Of a stretch of 64,000 nt of DNA, positions 18,843 to 29,513 are shown in pieces. Both the position numbers and the translations under genes were made by a program. The DNA comes from an uncultured Gemmatimonadaceae bacterium. GTDB taxonomy: Bacteria; Gemmatimonadota; Gemmatimonadetes; Gemmatimonadales; Gemmatimonadaceae. Positions within the stretch are counted from its first letter, which is position 1. Every line of letters starts with the position of its first letter. The stretch spans positions 832,001-896,000 of the forward strand of contig CAWFQK010000004.1 in NCBI GenBank assembly GCA_963817955.1. The letters run 5' to 3'. The notes below the pieces were generated by a model, which made no database searches, had not been told where the DNA came from, and saw nothing but the letters and a program-made list of their open reading frames with translations.

Positions 18843-18932
18843 GGGGGGGTGGCCGAGAGGCTGAAGGCGACGGTTTGCTAAACCGCTATACGGTCAAAAG
18901 CCGTATCGAGGGTTCGAATCCCTCCCCTCCCG
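18843..18932 (+). tRNA. tRNA-Ser(GCT)
   Basis: Acceptor GGGGGGG/CCCTCCC, anticodon loop TT GCT AA, long variable arm, GGTTCGAATCC; CCA not encoded. Confidence 0.96.
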
Positions 18933-18935
18933 TAC

Positions 18936-18963
18936 GAAACGCCCGCCCTTGCGCGGGCGTTTC
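18936..18963 (+). terminator. Hairpin downstream of tRNA-Ser(GCT)
   Basis: GAAACGCCCGC-ccttgc-GCGGGCGTTTC, 11-bp stem. Confidence 0.7.
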
Positions 18964-19013
18964 TGCTATCAGCCCGCCGCAAGCCCCACTGCTCCAACCA
19001 TTACGTTTCCGCC

Positions 19014-20462
19014 ATGGACCATCGCCTGAGATTTGCCCCATCCCCGACTGGATTTCTCCACGTCGGCGGCGCCCGCACGGCGCTCTTCAACTGGCTGTTC
19101 GTCAGGCGATACGGCGGCCAGTTCCTGCTGCGCGTCGAGGACACCGACAAGGCCCGCAGCACGGACGAGAGTACGCGCGCCATCTTCGAGGGCCTCGAGT
19201 GGCTCGGCCTCATGTGGGATGAACCGGTCGTCTATCAAGGTGCCAACCTTCCGCGGCACCGGTCCGACGTCCAACGCTTGGTCGAAGCGGGCGCGGCGTA
19301 CCGATGTTTCTGCACGTCCGCCGAGCTCGACGAGCAACGCACGGCGGCGGAGTCCCGCGGCGAAGCCTTCAGATACGATCGACGCTGCGATCGCCTCGCG
19401 CCAGACGAAGTCTCGCGTCGCGTCGCCGCAGGCGTGCCGTTCGTCATACGCTTCCGAATGCCCGAGGGCGAAACCTCCTGGACGGACATTGTGCACGGTC
19501 CGATCACGTTTCCGAACCAGGACATTGGCGAAGGCGATTTCATCATTCTCCGCTCCGACGCCACGCCCATCTACAACATGGCGGTCGTGTCGGACGATAT
19601 CGACATGCGCATCACCGTGGTGATGCGCGGGGACGACCACATCTCCAACACGCCCAAGCAAATTCTGCTCTACCAAGCGCTCGGCGCGCCGATGCCGCAG
19701 TTCGCGCATCTGCCAATGATCCATGGGCTGGATGGAAAGAAGCTGAGCAAACGTCATGGAGCGACCGCGGTCGGCGATTATCAGCACATGGGCATTCTTC
19801 CGCAGGCGATGCTCAACTTCCTTGCACTGCTCGGCTGGTCGCCGGGCAACGACATTGAAGTGATGAATGTGCCGGAGATGGTCGAACTGTTCTCCGCGGA
19901 CGCCCTGTCGAAGAAGGCGGCCGTTTTCGACACCAAGAAGCTGGAGTGGATGAATGGGCAGCACCTGGCGTTGATGACCGCAATGGAGCTCGCGCCGCTG
20001 GTCACGCGCGGCATCGTTGCCGCCGGCTGGGCGACGGCCGATGACCTCGACGCGCGTGCGTCGTGGTACTTCGCACTCATCGACCTGCTCAAGGTGCGCG
20101 CGCGAACGATCGACGACGTGGTGCGTCAAGCTGGCCCGTACATCCTGGACGAGATCGTGTACGACCCGGAGGCCGTTGCCAAGCAGTGGAAGGACACGGC
20201 GGCCGCGAGCGCGATGCTTGCCGCAACGCGTGGTACATTGGCGGCGGTTGCTGTGTGGGAGTCCCAGCCCATGGAGGATGCACTGCGGGGGCTAGCCGAA
20301 ACCCAGGGGACAAGTGCGGGGAAAATCTTTCAGCCGCTTCGCGTTGCCCTTACGGGATCGAGCGCCAGCCCCGGTATTTTCGACGTGTTGGCGATGCTCG
20401 GGCGGGAGCGGTCGTTGGAACGCATCGATTCTGCTATCCGTTACCTCGCTCGAACGGGTTGA
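19014..20462 (+). CDS. gltX: Glutamate--tRNA ligase
   Basis: RFAPSPTGFLHVGGARTALFN, KLSKR, PLRVALTG...SPGIF. Confidence 0.97.
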   Translation: MDHRLRFAPSPTGFLHVGGARTALFNWLFVRRYGGQFLLRVEDTDKARSTDESTRAIFEGLEWLGLMWDEPVVYQGANLPRHRSDVQRLVEAGAAYRCFCTSAELDEQRTAAESRGEAFRYDRRCDRLAPDEVSRRVAAGVPFVIRFRMPEGETSWTDIVHGPITFPNQDIGEGDFIILRSDATPIYNMAVVSDDIDMRITVVMRGDDHISNTPKQILLYQALGAPMPQFAHLPMIHGLDGKKLSKRHGATAVGDYQHMGILPQAMLNFLALLGWSPGNDIEVMNVPEMVELFSADALSKKAAVFDTKKLEWMNGQHLALMTAMELAPLVTRGIVAAGWATADDLDARASWYFALIDLLKVRARTIDDVVRQAGPYILDEIVYDPEAVAKQWKDTAAASAMLAATRGTLAAVAVWESQPMEDALRGLAETQGTSAGKIFQPLRVALTGSSASPGIFDVLAMLGRERSLERIDSAIRYLARTG

Positions 20463-20471
20463 CACAGCGCG

Positions 20472-20500
20472 TTGCCGCCTGTTGTCGGGCAGCGTACATT
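20472..20500 (+). promoter_or_regulatory. Candidate lexA promoter
   Basis: TTGCCG-17 bp-TACATT. Confidence 0.55.
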
Positions 20501-20579
20501 GCGGTTTGAACTGAGCCAACGCCAGGCATCTTGGCAAGTTGAGACGCTCGGCGTGGCTCTTACGCTGAAACGGGGGCCC

Positions 20580-21248
20580 ATGTCGGAGCCACTCACGCAG
20601 CTCGAACGGAGAGTCTATCACTACATGATAGACTTCCTGGCAGAGAACACGTTCCAGCCGAGTATCCGCGAGATCGCGCGCAAGTTTCGGATCAAGTCTA
20701 CGAAGACCGTTTCCGACTTGCTGCACGCCCTGGAGAACAAGGGCTACATCGAGCGCGATGAATCACGCTCCCGCGGCGTTCGGCTCCTCGGCTTTGCCGC
20801 AGCCGGTAACACTCAGCCGGTGCCCTACTACGGGCGCATCCACGCGGGCGAACCGATGCTGCGGCCCGAGCACCGCAAGGGCTTCATTACGATCGACCGC
20901 CGGTTCTTGCCGAGCGACGACGTCTTCATGCTCAAGGTGAAGGGCGATAGCATGGTAGGCCGCGGCATACTCGACGGCGACTTCGTGATGATCAGTCCGT
21001 CGGCGCGCGCCAAGGATGGAGACATCGTCAGTGCGCGGATCGGCGAGGAAGCGACGGTCAAGACGCTCACCCATCGCGGGTCGACAATCGTGCTCGAGCC
21101 GGCAAGTGATCTCGAGCGCCCGCTCGAGGTCGGACCGAAGGATGACTTCGCCGTTCTCGGTGTGATATGCGGCGTCTTCCGGCCATTCTGGGAGCAGGAA
21201 CCGACGCCAACCTTGGTCAGCAGCGACGAGCCGCAGCCGGTGAGCTGA
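20580..21248 (+). CDS. lexA: Transcriptional repressor LexA
   Basis: HTH PSIREIA; cleavage site HAGEP; catalytic GDSM and TVK. Confidence 0.95.
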   Translation: MSEPLTQLERRVYHYMIDFLAENTFQPSIREIARKFRIKSTKTVSDLLHALENKGYIERDESRSRGVRLLGFAAAGNTQPVPYYGRIHAGEPMLRPEHRKGFITIDRRFLPSDDVFMLKVKGDSMVGRGILDGDFVMISPSARAKDGDIVSARIGEEATVKTLTHRGSTIVLEPASDLERPLEVGPKDDFAVLGVICGVFRPFWEQEPTPTLVSSDEPQPVS

Positions 21249-21258
21249 CCGGCGCGAA

Positions 21259-22125
21259 TCAGGGAATGATAGGCGCCGCCTTCTGCGGCGCCTTTTCCTT
21301 GTCGGTCTGGTCCTGCGCCCGCTCGCGGTCCTTGCGCTCGCGAATGCGCTTCACCGCCGCACGGAAATCGTCTTCGCTCATGCCCTGCGAGTGCGTATAG
21401 ATATCGTTACGAATCCAGTCGGCGTTGCGCCCCTCGATGATGCGCCTGCCATCCACTCCGCCAGGGTTGAACGGCAGCGCCGCAAGAATCGCCGACGGAA
21501 TCTTGAACTTTCCGAGATAGATGAACTGTGAGTCGAGGCCGAACTTCTGGCCATCGTGCTCCACAGTCCAATCGCGGGGGCTGCGTCCACGCCCAGCTTC
21601 GGCGGCGACCTCGGCCTCGCGATACGCCATATAGATCGCCTTCACCGCGCTGTCGTTCCGCTCCGCGGTAGAGAGCGGCACGCGCAGGGTATTGGGTCGT
21701 AGTTCGATGCGCGCGTCAGGCATCGAGGGCTCGATACCGGTCGCGACGCCAACGGGCGCGCCACCACTGCCCGTCCCAGTACCCGAGATCGCGCCGACGC
21801 TCGCGCCTGGAGGCGGCACTGGCGGAAGCGTAGTCGGCGTGAGCGCTGGTGCGAGCAGTGGCGCCGGCTTCAGCGCCTTTTTCGGCTTTGTCTTATTTGG
21901 ATTCTCGTCCGCTCCGTTGCCGACACCATAGGTGGATTTCGGCTGCACCTGCACGTAGGTGATTCGTTCAGTTGGGGCGTGATCACGGTCGAGGCCGAAG
22001 AAGGCCGCCAACGGATACCGGAACGTGATCGACGCGATCATCGAGATCACGACAATATGGACAGCGATCGAGACGACGATCGAGACCTTCTTGTCCGCTC
22101 GTTTCTCGAAGATGGACCGCTTCAT
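21259..22125 (-). CDS. Hypothetical membrane-anchored Pro-rich protein
   Basis: N-terminal TM SIAVHIVVI, Pro/Gly linker, charged C-terminal domain; coupled to the aminotransferase gene. Confidence 0.7.
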   Translation of the reverse strand: MKRSIFEKRADKKVSIVVSIAVHIVVISMIASITFRYPLAAFFGLDRDHAPTERITYVQVQPKSTYGVGNGADENPNKTKPKKALKPAPLLAPALTPTTLPPVPPPGASVGAISGTGTGSGGAPVGVATGIEPSMPDARIELRPNTLRVPLSTAERNDSAVKAIYMAYREAEVAAEAGRGRSPRDWTVEHDGQKFGLDSQFIYLGKFKIPSAILAALPFNPGGVDGRRIIEGRNADWIRNDIYTHSQGMSEDDFRAAVKRIRERKDRERAQDQTDKEKAPQKAAPIIP

Positions 22126-23333
22126 CAGACCGCCGCTTCCGCCGGTGCGCGACGCTGGCTGACGCCGAACGACGCCAGGACGCGACCGGCGCGCACGGCG
22201 GCTTCAGCGATCCGCTCTGGCGACGTGATGAACGAGATCCGGAAGAAGCCTTCACCACCGGCACCGAATCCCGAGCCCGGCATCACGATCACGCCCGCGT
22301 CCTCCATCAGACGATCGGCGAAGTGCGCGCTGGGGATATCGTCCGGCAGGGGGATCCACAGGTACATCGTTGCACGCGGCGTGTCGCACGCGAAGCCGGC
22401 GGCGCGAAACGACCGGACCGCTGCGTCACGGCGCGCCTTGAACGTCGCCACGTTACCCGGGAGGAACTCGTCGTAACTCTCGATTGCCGCGACGCCGGCA
22501 GCCTGCACCGCCATGAACTGCCCCGTGTCGGTGAACGACTTCACCTTCGTGAGCACCGAAGCGATGTGCGGCGCCGCAGCGGCCCAGCCGCACCGCCACC
22601 CGGTCATGTTGTACGTCTTCGACAACGAGTGAAACTCGATCGCGATATCACGCGCGCCGTCGATCTCGAATATGCTCGGCGGCACATAGCCGTCGAATGC
22701 CAATTCGGAATACGCGTTGTCGTAGACCAGCAGGATGTCGAATTCCCGACACTTGGCGACCACCTTCTCCAGATACTCGCGGGGCGCGATCGCGGCGGTG
22801 GGGTTGTTCGGATAATTCAGGTACAGAATCCGCGTGCGGTGCAGCGTCTCGTCCGGAATCTCGTCGAGATCGATCAGGAAGTCCGTGCGTGGCCGCAGCG
22901 CGTACCGGTACGGTTCGCCACTCGCGAGCAACGCTCCGCCCTGATAGGCGTTGTAACCCGGTTCAGGAATGATCGCCAGGCGACCCGGCTCGAGATACGC
23001 AAGCGCGAGGTGCGAGATACCTTCCTTTGATCCGATCAGCGGAACGATCTCGGTGAATGGATCGAAGCGTATACCGAAGCGTTTCGTCATCCACGCCGAT
23101 ACGGCCTCGCGATAGGCGACGAGTCCGAGCCCGAAGCCGTAGCGATTCATGGCCGGCGTGTGCACGGCCGACGCGAGCACTTCCATGGCTTTTGCAGGCG
23201 GAGCCAGGTCGGCATCGCCTGCGCCGAGGTCGATGACGTCGACGCCGCGGGCCAATAATGCCCGTTTCTTCTGCGGGATCAGGGCGAGCGGGTATTCCGG
23301 CAGGGTCTGGAATCGACCAGCGATCTTTGGCAC
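22125..23333 (-). CDS. Class I/II PLP aminotransferase, LL-diaminopimelate aminotransferase-like
   Basis: GSKEGI, NYPNNPT, DNAY, HSLSKTYNMTGWR; GTG start. Confidence 0.88.
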   Translation of the reverse strand: MPKIAGRFQTLPEYPLALIPQKKRALLARGVDVIDLGAGDADLAPPAKAMEVLASAVHTPAMNRYGFGLGLVAYREAVSAWMTKRFGIRFDPFTEIVPLIGSKEGISHLALAYLEPGRLAIIPEPGYNAYQGGALLASGEPYRYALRPRTDFLIDLDEIPDETLHRTRILYLNYPNNPTAAIAPREYLEKVVAKCREFDILLVYDNAYSELAFDGYVPPSIFEIDGARDIAIEFHSLSKTYNMTGWRCGWAAAAPHIASVLTKVKSFTDTGQFMAVQAAGVAAIESYDEFLPGNVATFKARRDAAVRSFRAAGFACDTPRATMYLWIPLPDDIPSAHFADRLMEDAGVIVMPGSGFGAGGEGFFRISFITSPERIAEAAVRAGRVLASFGVSQRRAPAEAAV

Positions 23334-23945
23334 CTAGGCGTCCTGTGTCACGGGATTCTTCACCCGGCTGAGGCCGAGGATCTCTACTTCTACCTCATCA
23401 CCGGGCAGGAGTTTCCCCACGCCCGCCGGAGTTCCAGTTAGAACGAGATCGCCTGGGTCCAGGGTCATTACCTGAGAGATATAGGCGAGCACGTCAGGAA
23501 TGGAGAACACCATCTCCGATGCCGAGCCGCGCTGCCGTTCTTGACCATTGACACGAGTGACGACCGTTAGACTCGAAAGATCCGCCGGTGGGCTGGCAGT
23601 CTCACCAAGCGGACAGAACGTATCGAAGCCCTTGGCGCGCGTCCATTGCCCATCCGACCGCTGCAGATCGCGTGCTGTAACGTCATTGACGGCCACGATC
23701 CCGCCGACGGCATCGCGGGCTTCATCTGAACTTACGCGCGTGAGCCGCCGACCGATGACGATTCCGATCTCTCCCTCGTATTCCACCTGTTTCGATTGCG
23801 GCGGCAGCACAACCGGGTCGCCATTCCCGATGAGGCTGGAGGATGGCTTGAGAAAGATCAGGGGCTCTTTGGGGACGTCATTCCCAAGCTCTTTGGCGTG
23901 ATCAACGTAATTACGGCCGACGCAAACGATCTTACCGGGGCGCAT
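23334..23945 (-). CDS. Fumarylacetoacetate hydrolase family protein
   Basis: KIVCVGRNY..H, YEGE, NDVTARD, KGFDTFCP, TGTPAGVG. Confidence 0.95.
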   Translation of the reverse strand: MRPGKIVCVGRNYVDHAKELGNDVPKEPLIFLKPSSSLIGNGDPVVLPPQSKQVEYEGEIGIVIGRRLTRVSSDEARDAVGGIVAVNDVTARDLQRSDGQWTRAKGFDTFCPLGETASPPADLSSLTVVTRVNGQERQRGSASEMVFSIPDVLAYISQVMTLDPGDLVLTGTPAGVGKLLPGDEVEVEILGLSRVKNPVTQDA

Positions 23946-23963
23946 ATGGTCTGGTTGTAGGGT

Positions 23964-26473
23964 TCAGGATCGAGGGGAAGATGAATTCTGATAGAACCGC
24001 CGAATAGGCTCCAGTAGGTCGGCCCATTTGGCAATGGCGCGTTTCGCGGGAGGAAGCCCTTCGATCAGGCCGCGACCGTAGCTCTTGGTGACGACACGCG
24101 GGTCGGCGATCACCACGACGCCGCGGTCGGCGCTCGTGCGTATCAGACGACCGAAGCCCTGCTTGAGTCGCAGTGAAGCGTGCGGCAACATGTATTCACG
24201 GAACGAATCGCCGCCGCGCGCCTCGATCGCTTCACAATGTGCTGCCGTGACGGGCTCGCTCGGCACGCGAAAGGGAAGTTTGGCGATGAGGAGGGCCCGC
24301 AACGCGTCACCGGGTACGTCCACGCCCTCCCAGAACGAGGCTGTGCCGAGCAGTATCGCGCCGCCAGCATCGCGAAACCGGCCGAGGAGCACGTCACGCG
24401 TCTCCTCGCCATGCACGAGCAGCGGCCAGCGGCGGTCGATGCCACGCGCCCGCAGTTCGACCGCCATGGCGCGTACGTCGCGATGGCTCGTGAACAGCAC
24501 GAACATGCCGCCATTCGCCGCGTCGGCGACATCTACGGTAATGCGAGCAACGGCGGTGAAGTGGCCCGCAGGATCGACATTCGGCGGCGGGACGTCGGTC
24601 GGGATGCTGAGCATCGCCTGCCGATCGTACTGGAACGGCGATGGGAAAATGCCGGTCCGCGGCTCCAGCTCGGGCACGTCGAGGCCGAGGCGCGCACGGA
24701 GGAAATCGAACCGCCCATTGGTGGCGAGCGTCGCGCTGGTGATCACCGTCGTCGCCGCGCGATTGAACAAATCATCGCGCAGAATCGGCGCGAGATCGAT
24801 CGGAACCGTTGCAACGCTCACTGCGCGATCGCGCCCGCGTGTCTCGACCCAGCGCACGGTGGACTCGCCCTGCGACGGATCGAGTGCGCGGCGCAATCCA
24901 GCTCCCGCGGTTTGTAGCCGGCGCGTCACCGCCCGCATTTCGTTGAGCAACGGCATCACCGCGTCATCGGGCCGACGTGCGCCCTCGATCCGCTCGCGTA
25001 CGAGCTGCAGACCCTCGGCGAGCAGCTCGATCTCGCCAACCGTATCATCGAGCGAAACGCGAAGCCCGCCGCGCCAGATCGGATGCGTCGCAAAATCATC
25101 CGTGAGACGAAGCACGGATTCGCCGCTCTCCTGCAGGAACGTGTCGAGCAGATCGAACAACAGCGCACTTTTCTCGCGTGCCGCGTGCACGGCCGGCGAG
25201 AGTCGCGAGTTCACGAGGTCCAGGCTGGCGACGCTGAGCAGATCGTTCGATGCCGCGAGACGCCCGATGAGCGCGGCCAGCAGACCCCTGCCGCGGCGGT
25301 CGAGACGGTTGAACAGGCGTTGCAGCGAACGGCGCGACACGGTCGCGCCCAAGTGTGCGCCGGCCGCCTCTTCGAGGTGGTGTCCCTCGTCCACGACCAG
25401 ACGCGTGTACGCGGGGAGCACAGCGGCCTCGCCCCAGTTGCCAGTCGCGCGGCGCACGGCGACGTCGGAGAGCAACAGGTGATGATTCACGACGATCACG
25501 TCCGCTTGTGCCGCTTCCCGCCGCGCCTCGAACAGAAAGCACTTGGAGTAGACGGGACACTGCGCGCGCTGGCAGAGGTCGGGCTCGGCCGAAACCTCGT
25601 CCCAGACGTCAGGGCGCGGCGCCGACGGCAGATCACTCAGCGATCCATCGTGCGTCTTCTCCGCCCACGCGTGCAACGCATCGAGCTCCTGCTGCACGCC
25701 ATCCTCGAACAGCGCATTCCCGGACGCGCGCGCCTGGTCGAGGCGCACGAGACAGAGATAGTTGCGCCACCCCTTGAGCAGCGCGAAGCGAACGTTCTGA
25801 TCCCCGAGCGCGCGCTCGAGGAAGGGCAGATCCTTCCCGACGAGCTGCTCCTGCAAGTTGATCGTGTTCGTGGACACGATCGTGCGCTCGCCGTTCGCAG
25901 CGGCCCAGCGCAACGCCGGAACGAGGTAGCCAAGGGATTTGCCGACCCCGGTGCCAGCCTCGATCAGCCCAACGCCGCCCTCGTTGTACAGACGCGCGAT
26001 CGCCACCGCCATTGCCCGTTGGCTGGGCCGATCCTCGTACCGCGCGTGCTGCACGGCAATGCCGCCGGCCGGTCCGAGATCGCCGTCGATCTTGTCGAAC
26101 TGCAGCAGCTGGAACTCGGCTTTCGCCGGCACTTCGACGACGACATAGAGCTCGGTCGCACTGTTGTTGACGATGGCGAACCCGACGCCGTCGTCGTGCA
26201 TGCGCGCGGCGATGTCGAGATCGGGTCCCGATGGCTCGAGTAATCCCGACGGATGGTTGTGCACGAGCATCTCGCCGCGCGGCGCGAACCCGGGCAGCGC
26301 GAGAACGCTACTCACATCTCCGCGTGACACCACGCGAGCCGAATCCACCACCCCGTCGGAGTCGAGGTGGCGACGAAACAGACTTCTCGACCCCCAGCGA
26401 GCCGGATGGCCGCCCGAATGCCATTCGCGGCCGTCGGACTCAGCCGGAGCGCTGGATCCGCGGCGAGGGACAT
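23964..26473 (-). CDS. DinG/YoaA-family helicase with N-terminal JAB/MPN domain; 1-nt frameshift near 26366 (probable sequencing error)
   Basis: ATG at 26473 gives MSLAADPALRL...GGREVCFVA, then the frame shifts to DSDGVVDSARV; HNHPSG...S..D; EAGTGVGKS, NYLC..C..C..C, DEGHH, SAT, QGFGRLIRT. Confidence 0.88.
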
Positions 26474-26498
26474 GCAGGGAATTTAAGGGGTTGCACCC

Positions 26499-27770
26499 TC
26501 ACGTCTTCAACGGCTTCTTCTTCGCCGCCGGGAACAGCACGTTGTTCAGAATCAGCCGGTACCCCGGCGAATTCTTGAACAACGACAGATCCGTCGGCGG
26601 ATTGCCAATGGCGTGCTGCGGATCCTCGGGATCGTGACCGCCGTAGTACGTCCAGGTGCCTTTCCCGTAGTCACCGTGGATGTACTTCACCCATGGCGCG
26701 CCCTCCTCGTTGGCGAGGATGGTGACACCTGGCTTGATCACCGTCTTCATGAAGCTCGTCGTCACGCCATAGAAGTCGTTGATCACGGCCCGATGATCCT
26801 GGACCAGCATGGATGGAACGGGATCGAATTTCGCCGAGAAGTTGAACAGCGTGAACGTGCCGAGCGGTTGGCGCCGGCCGGCCGCGTTCACCTGGTGGCC
26901 ATCGATGTCGCTCATGGAGTTGACGAACGGCGATTGCTCCAGGTGTGCGTCACGAAACGCGAAGGTCCGACTCCAATCCATCTTGCGGTCGGCGTCCGGG
27001 TCCATTGGCGTGCCGTCGATGAAGCTCTGTGCGATATCGACGTTCTTGCCCGCAATGGCCAGCTCGAGGGTCTCCGTCGCCCCGCACATGGCAAACAGGA
27101 ACCCGCCGCGCTCGACGAACTCGCGGATTTTTTCGGCGACGTCTTTCTTCAGGGCCGGCAGGTTCGCAAAGCCAAGTCGCTTTGCCGACGCGGTGTTCTT
27201 TTGCAGGAGGTCGATGAACCAGGGCGCGTCGCGATAGGTCAGGTAGAACTTGTTGAGTTGTCCTGTGAAATCCTCGTGGTGCAGATGCAGCCAGTCGTAC
27301 TTGGTCAGATCGCCGTGCTCCACCTCGTCATCATAAATGGGGGTGTAGTCGATGCCCGCATACTTGAGCGCCAACGTCACCGCGTCGTCCCAGGGGAGTG
27401 CGTCTGCCGGCGTGTAGACCGCGATCTTCGGCGCCTTCTCCAGCGGTACCGCCTCCATGTTGTTTGCCGCGATCTCGGCGCGAATCTGCCCGAGACGGCC
27501 GTCGTCCACGGACTCGATGGAGATTCCGCTCAGTCCCGCCTGGCGGCGCAGTTCCGGCGTATCCGCAAGGAGGAACGATCCGCCTCGGTAGTTCAGCAAC
27601 CATTCCGCTGACGTGCCCGCCTTGATCGCGTTGTACGTGAGACCGTACGCCTTGAGATGGTTCTGCTGCGCGTCGTCCATGGGAACGAGCAACCGTTGCG
27701 CGCCGAGGGGCGACGCGAGAACGGTCAAGCCAACGAGGAGCACGGCTACGCGTTTGAGCGTTGTGAACAT
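26499..27770 (-). CDS. Exported class I glutamine-amidotransferase-like protein (family often labelled 'asparagine synthetase B')
   Basis: Signal peptide; HLKAYG, DWLHLHHEDFTGQ, GGFLFAMC, GHDPED, YRLILNNVLFPAA. Confidence 0.75.
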   Translation of the reverse strand: MFTTLKRVAVLLVGLTVLASPLGAQRLLVPMDDAQQNHLKAYGLTYNAIKAGTSAEWLLNYRGGSFLLADTPELRRQAGLSGISIESVDDGRLGQIRAEIAANNMEAVPLEKAPKIAVYTPADALPWDDAVTLALKYAGIDYTPIYDDEVEHGDLTKYDWLHLHHEDFTGQLNKFYLTYRDAPWFIDLLQKNTASAKRLGFANLPALKKDVAEKIREFVERGGFLFAMCGATETLELAIAGKNVDIAQSFIDGTPMDPDADRKMDWSRTFAFRDAHLEQSPFVNSMSDIDGHQVNAAGRRQPLGTFTLFNFSAKFDPVPSMLVQDHRAVINDFYGVTTSFMKTVIKPGVTILANEEGAPWVKYIHGDYGKGTWTYYGGHDPEDPQHAIGNPPTDLSLFKNSPGYRLILNNVLFPAAKKKPLKT

Positions 27771-27775
27771 TGAAA

Positions 27776-29488
27776 TCATCCTGGAGGAATCGCGCTCTTC
27801 GCGATGTCGAGCTCGCGGCGAGCCTGCGGGACGAGCGCACTCTGCGGGTACGTGAGGATCATGTGCTCCAGGTGCGCCGCGGCACCCACGCTGTCACCCT
27901 TCCGGCGCAACAGCCGGGACCACTCGAGTTCCGCCTGTGGTGCCTCCGGTGTGTCCGATTCGTTCTTGACGATCCGGGCCCACAATGCCATGGCCTGCGA
28001 GTCGTTGCGCAACGCGGCGTGAATCTGTGCCGACGTCAGGAGCAACAGCGAACGCACGGCAGGGACGCGCTCCGCCGCAGCGGCGAACTGCGCAGCAGCG
28101 CCGGCGCTGTCGCCGCGCGCCAGCGCCAGAAATGCCTTGCCGATGTCGGGCGCGCTGTCAGCCTTGAGCCGGGCAATGAGACCGAGCGCGAGCGCCAGCT
28201 CAGGCGTGCTTTCGGTTCCACCGCGCAGCAGCGTTCGCGCCGTCTTTAAATTTCCCTCATACAGCGCCAGCCACCCGGCGGCATCGCTCGAATCGCCCTC
28301 GGCACCCGTCGCGGCCAGCGCGGCGCGTGCGCGCGTCATGTCGCCCGTGCGGACCCACCCCCACGCGATGGTGCGCGCGAGCGCGTTGTGCGCACCAGGC
28401 GACAGAAAATGATCGTAGGCCGTGAGCAGTCGTTCGGCTTCGGCTGGCCGGCCGAGCGCGGCAAGGGCCCGCGCATGCAGCGGGAGATACATCCGCGCGA
28501 TCGCCGCCGAATCGCCCCGCGCATCGCTGACCGGCGCGAGGCGGAGCGCCGCCGCTGCGTCACCGGCGTTCAGCGCGGCGTTTGCGGCACGAAGAGACAC
28601 CTGAGGCGTACGACGCCAGCGGAGCGCGGATTCCAACGCCTCGCGGGCGATCGTCCACCGATCCTCGCTTTCAGCACGCTGCGCGAACTCCGACCATGCG
28701 TCGGCAGCGGCACTGTCCGGTGGAAGGTCCTTGAGGGCATTCCAACCGTCGCCGGGCGATCCCCACGTTGTCTCGAGCTCGGCGAGCGCGCGCCGCGACG
28801 ACACTTCGATGGGAAGCGCCATGAAGATCTCGCGTACTTGCGGTCGCGACGACGGGGGCGTTGGCGCCAGCGCATACGCCGCCGCTTGTCCAAGGTAGTC
28901 GGCGCTGAGCAGCGCCTCCCGCCACGCCTGGGCAGACTCCACCCACTGCCCCTGCGCGGCGCGTGCTTGTGCGAGCTCGAGCTGCAAATCTTTGGTCGTG
29001 CCGAGCGCCTGGCGCGCAAGCAACAGGACGCTGTCGGCGGTCGCGGTCAGATTCTTCTGGAGCAGCAGCCGGGCGTATTCCCGATATGGAGACGCGCTGT
29101 TCGGCATGTCCCGCGTCCACATGCCGAACGCGCGGCGAAGGTCGTCGTCGCGGCCAAGCGACTGAAGCGTGCGAAGCTGCACGGTGCGGAACGTCTCTTC
29201 TCGAGGGCTGGCCGCGATCAGCGTGTCCAGCGGCGGCAGGAGCGAATCGGAGCGGCCCAACTCCGCGTAGACCCGTTCGAGACCCAGCAGCGCATTCACG
29301 CCCGCGGGGGTGTGCAGCGCGGTGCGAAAGAACGGAACCGCCTCGCGGTATTTGCCGGACGCCTCGAGATCCAGGGCCTTGTAGAAAGCCATCGTGTCGG
29401 CGGGGGGCGCCTGAGCGGCGATCGTGTTGCTCGGTACAACAAGCCTCAGCAGACCCAGACAGATTCCGCCGACGAGTACGCGGAGCAT
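27776..29488 (-). CDS. Exported tetratricopeptide-repeat protein
   Basis: Signal peptide, Ala/Leu-rich helical repeats, C-terminal LEHMILTYPQSALVPQARRELD; start could be GTG 29506. Confidence 0.8.
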   Translation of the reverse strand: MLRVLVGGICLGLLRLVVPSNTIAAQAPPADTMAFYKALDLEASGKYREAVPFFRTALHTPAGVNALLGLERVYAELGRSDSLLPPLDTLIAASPREETFRTVQLRTLQSLGRDDDLRRAFGMWTRDMPNSASPYREYARLLLQKNLTATADSVLLLARQALGTTKDLQLELAQARAAQGQWVESAQAWREALLSADYLGQAAAYALAPTPPSSRPQVREIFMALPIEVSSRRALAELETTWGSPGDGWNALKDLPPDSAAADAWSEFAQRAESEDRWTIAREALESALRWRRTPQVSLRAANAALNAGDAAAALRLAPVSDARGDSAAIARMYLPLHARALAALGRPAEAERLLTAYDHFLSPGAHNALARTIAWGWVRTGDMTRARAALAATGAEGDSSDAAGWLALYEGNLKTARTLLRGGTESTPELALALGLIARLKADSAPDIGKAFLALARGDSAGAAAQFAAAAERVPAVRSLLLLTSAQIHAALRNDSQAMALWARIVKNESDTPEAPQAELEWSRLLRRKGDSVGAAAHLEHMILTYPQSALVPQARRELDIAKSAIPPG

Positions 29489-29513
29489 GCGCCACCGCCC
29501 ACTCACCGCTGCA

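Noticed and set aside
13898..18932. Genomic island integrated between the two tRNA-Ser genes
   Set aside because: No integrase, no duplicated tRNA 3' end, and no obvious composition shift.
26499..27770. Calling this gene asnB
   Set aside because: It has a signal peptide and lacks both the Ntn N-terminal Cys and the synthetase SGGLDS motif.
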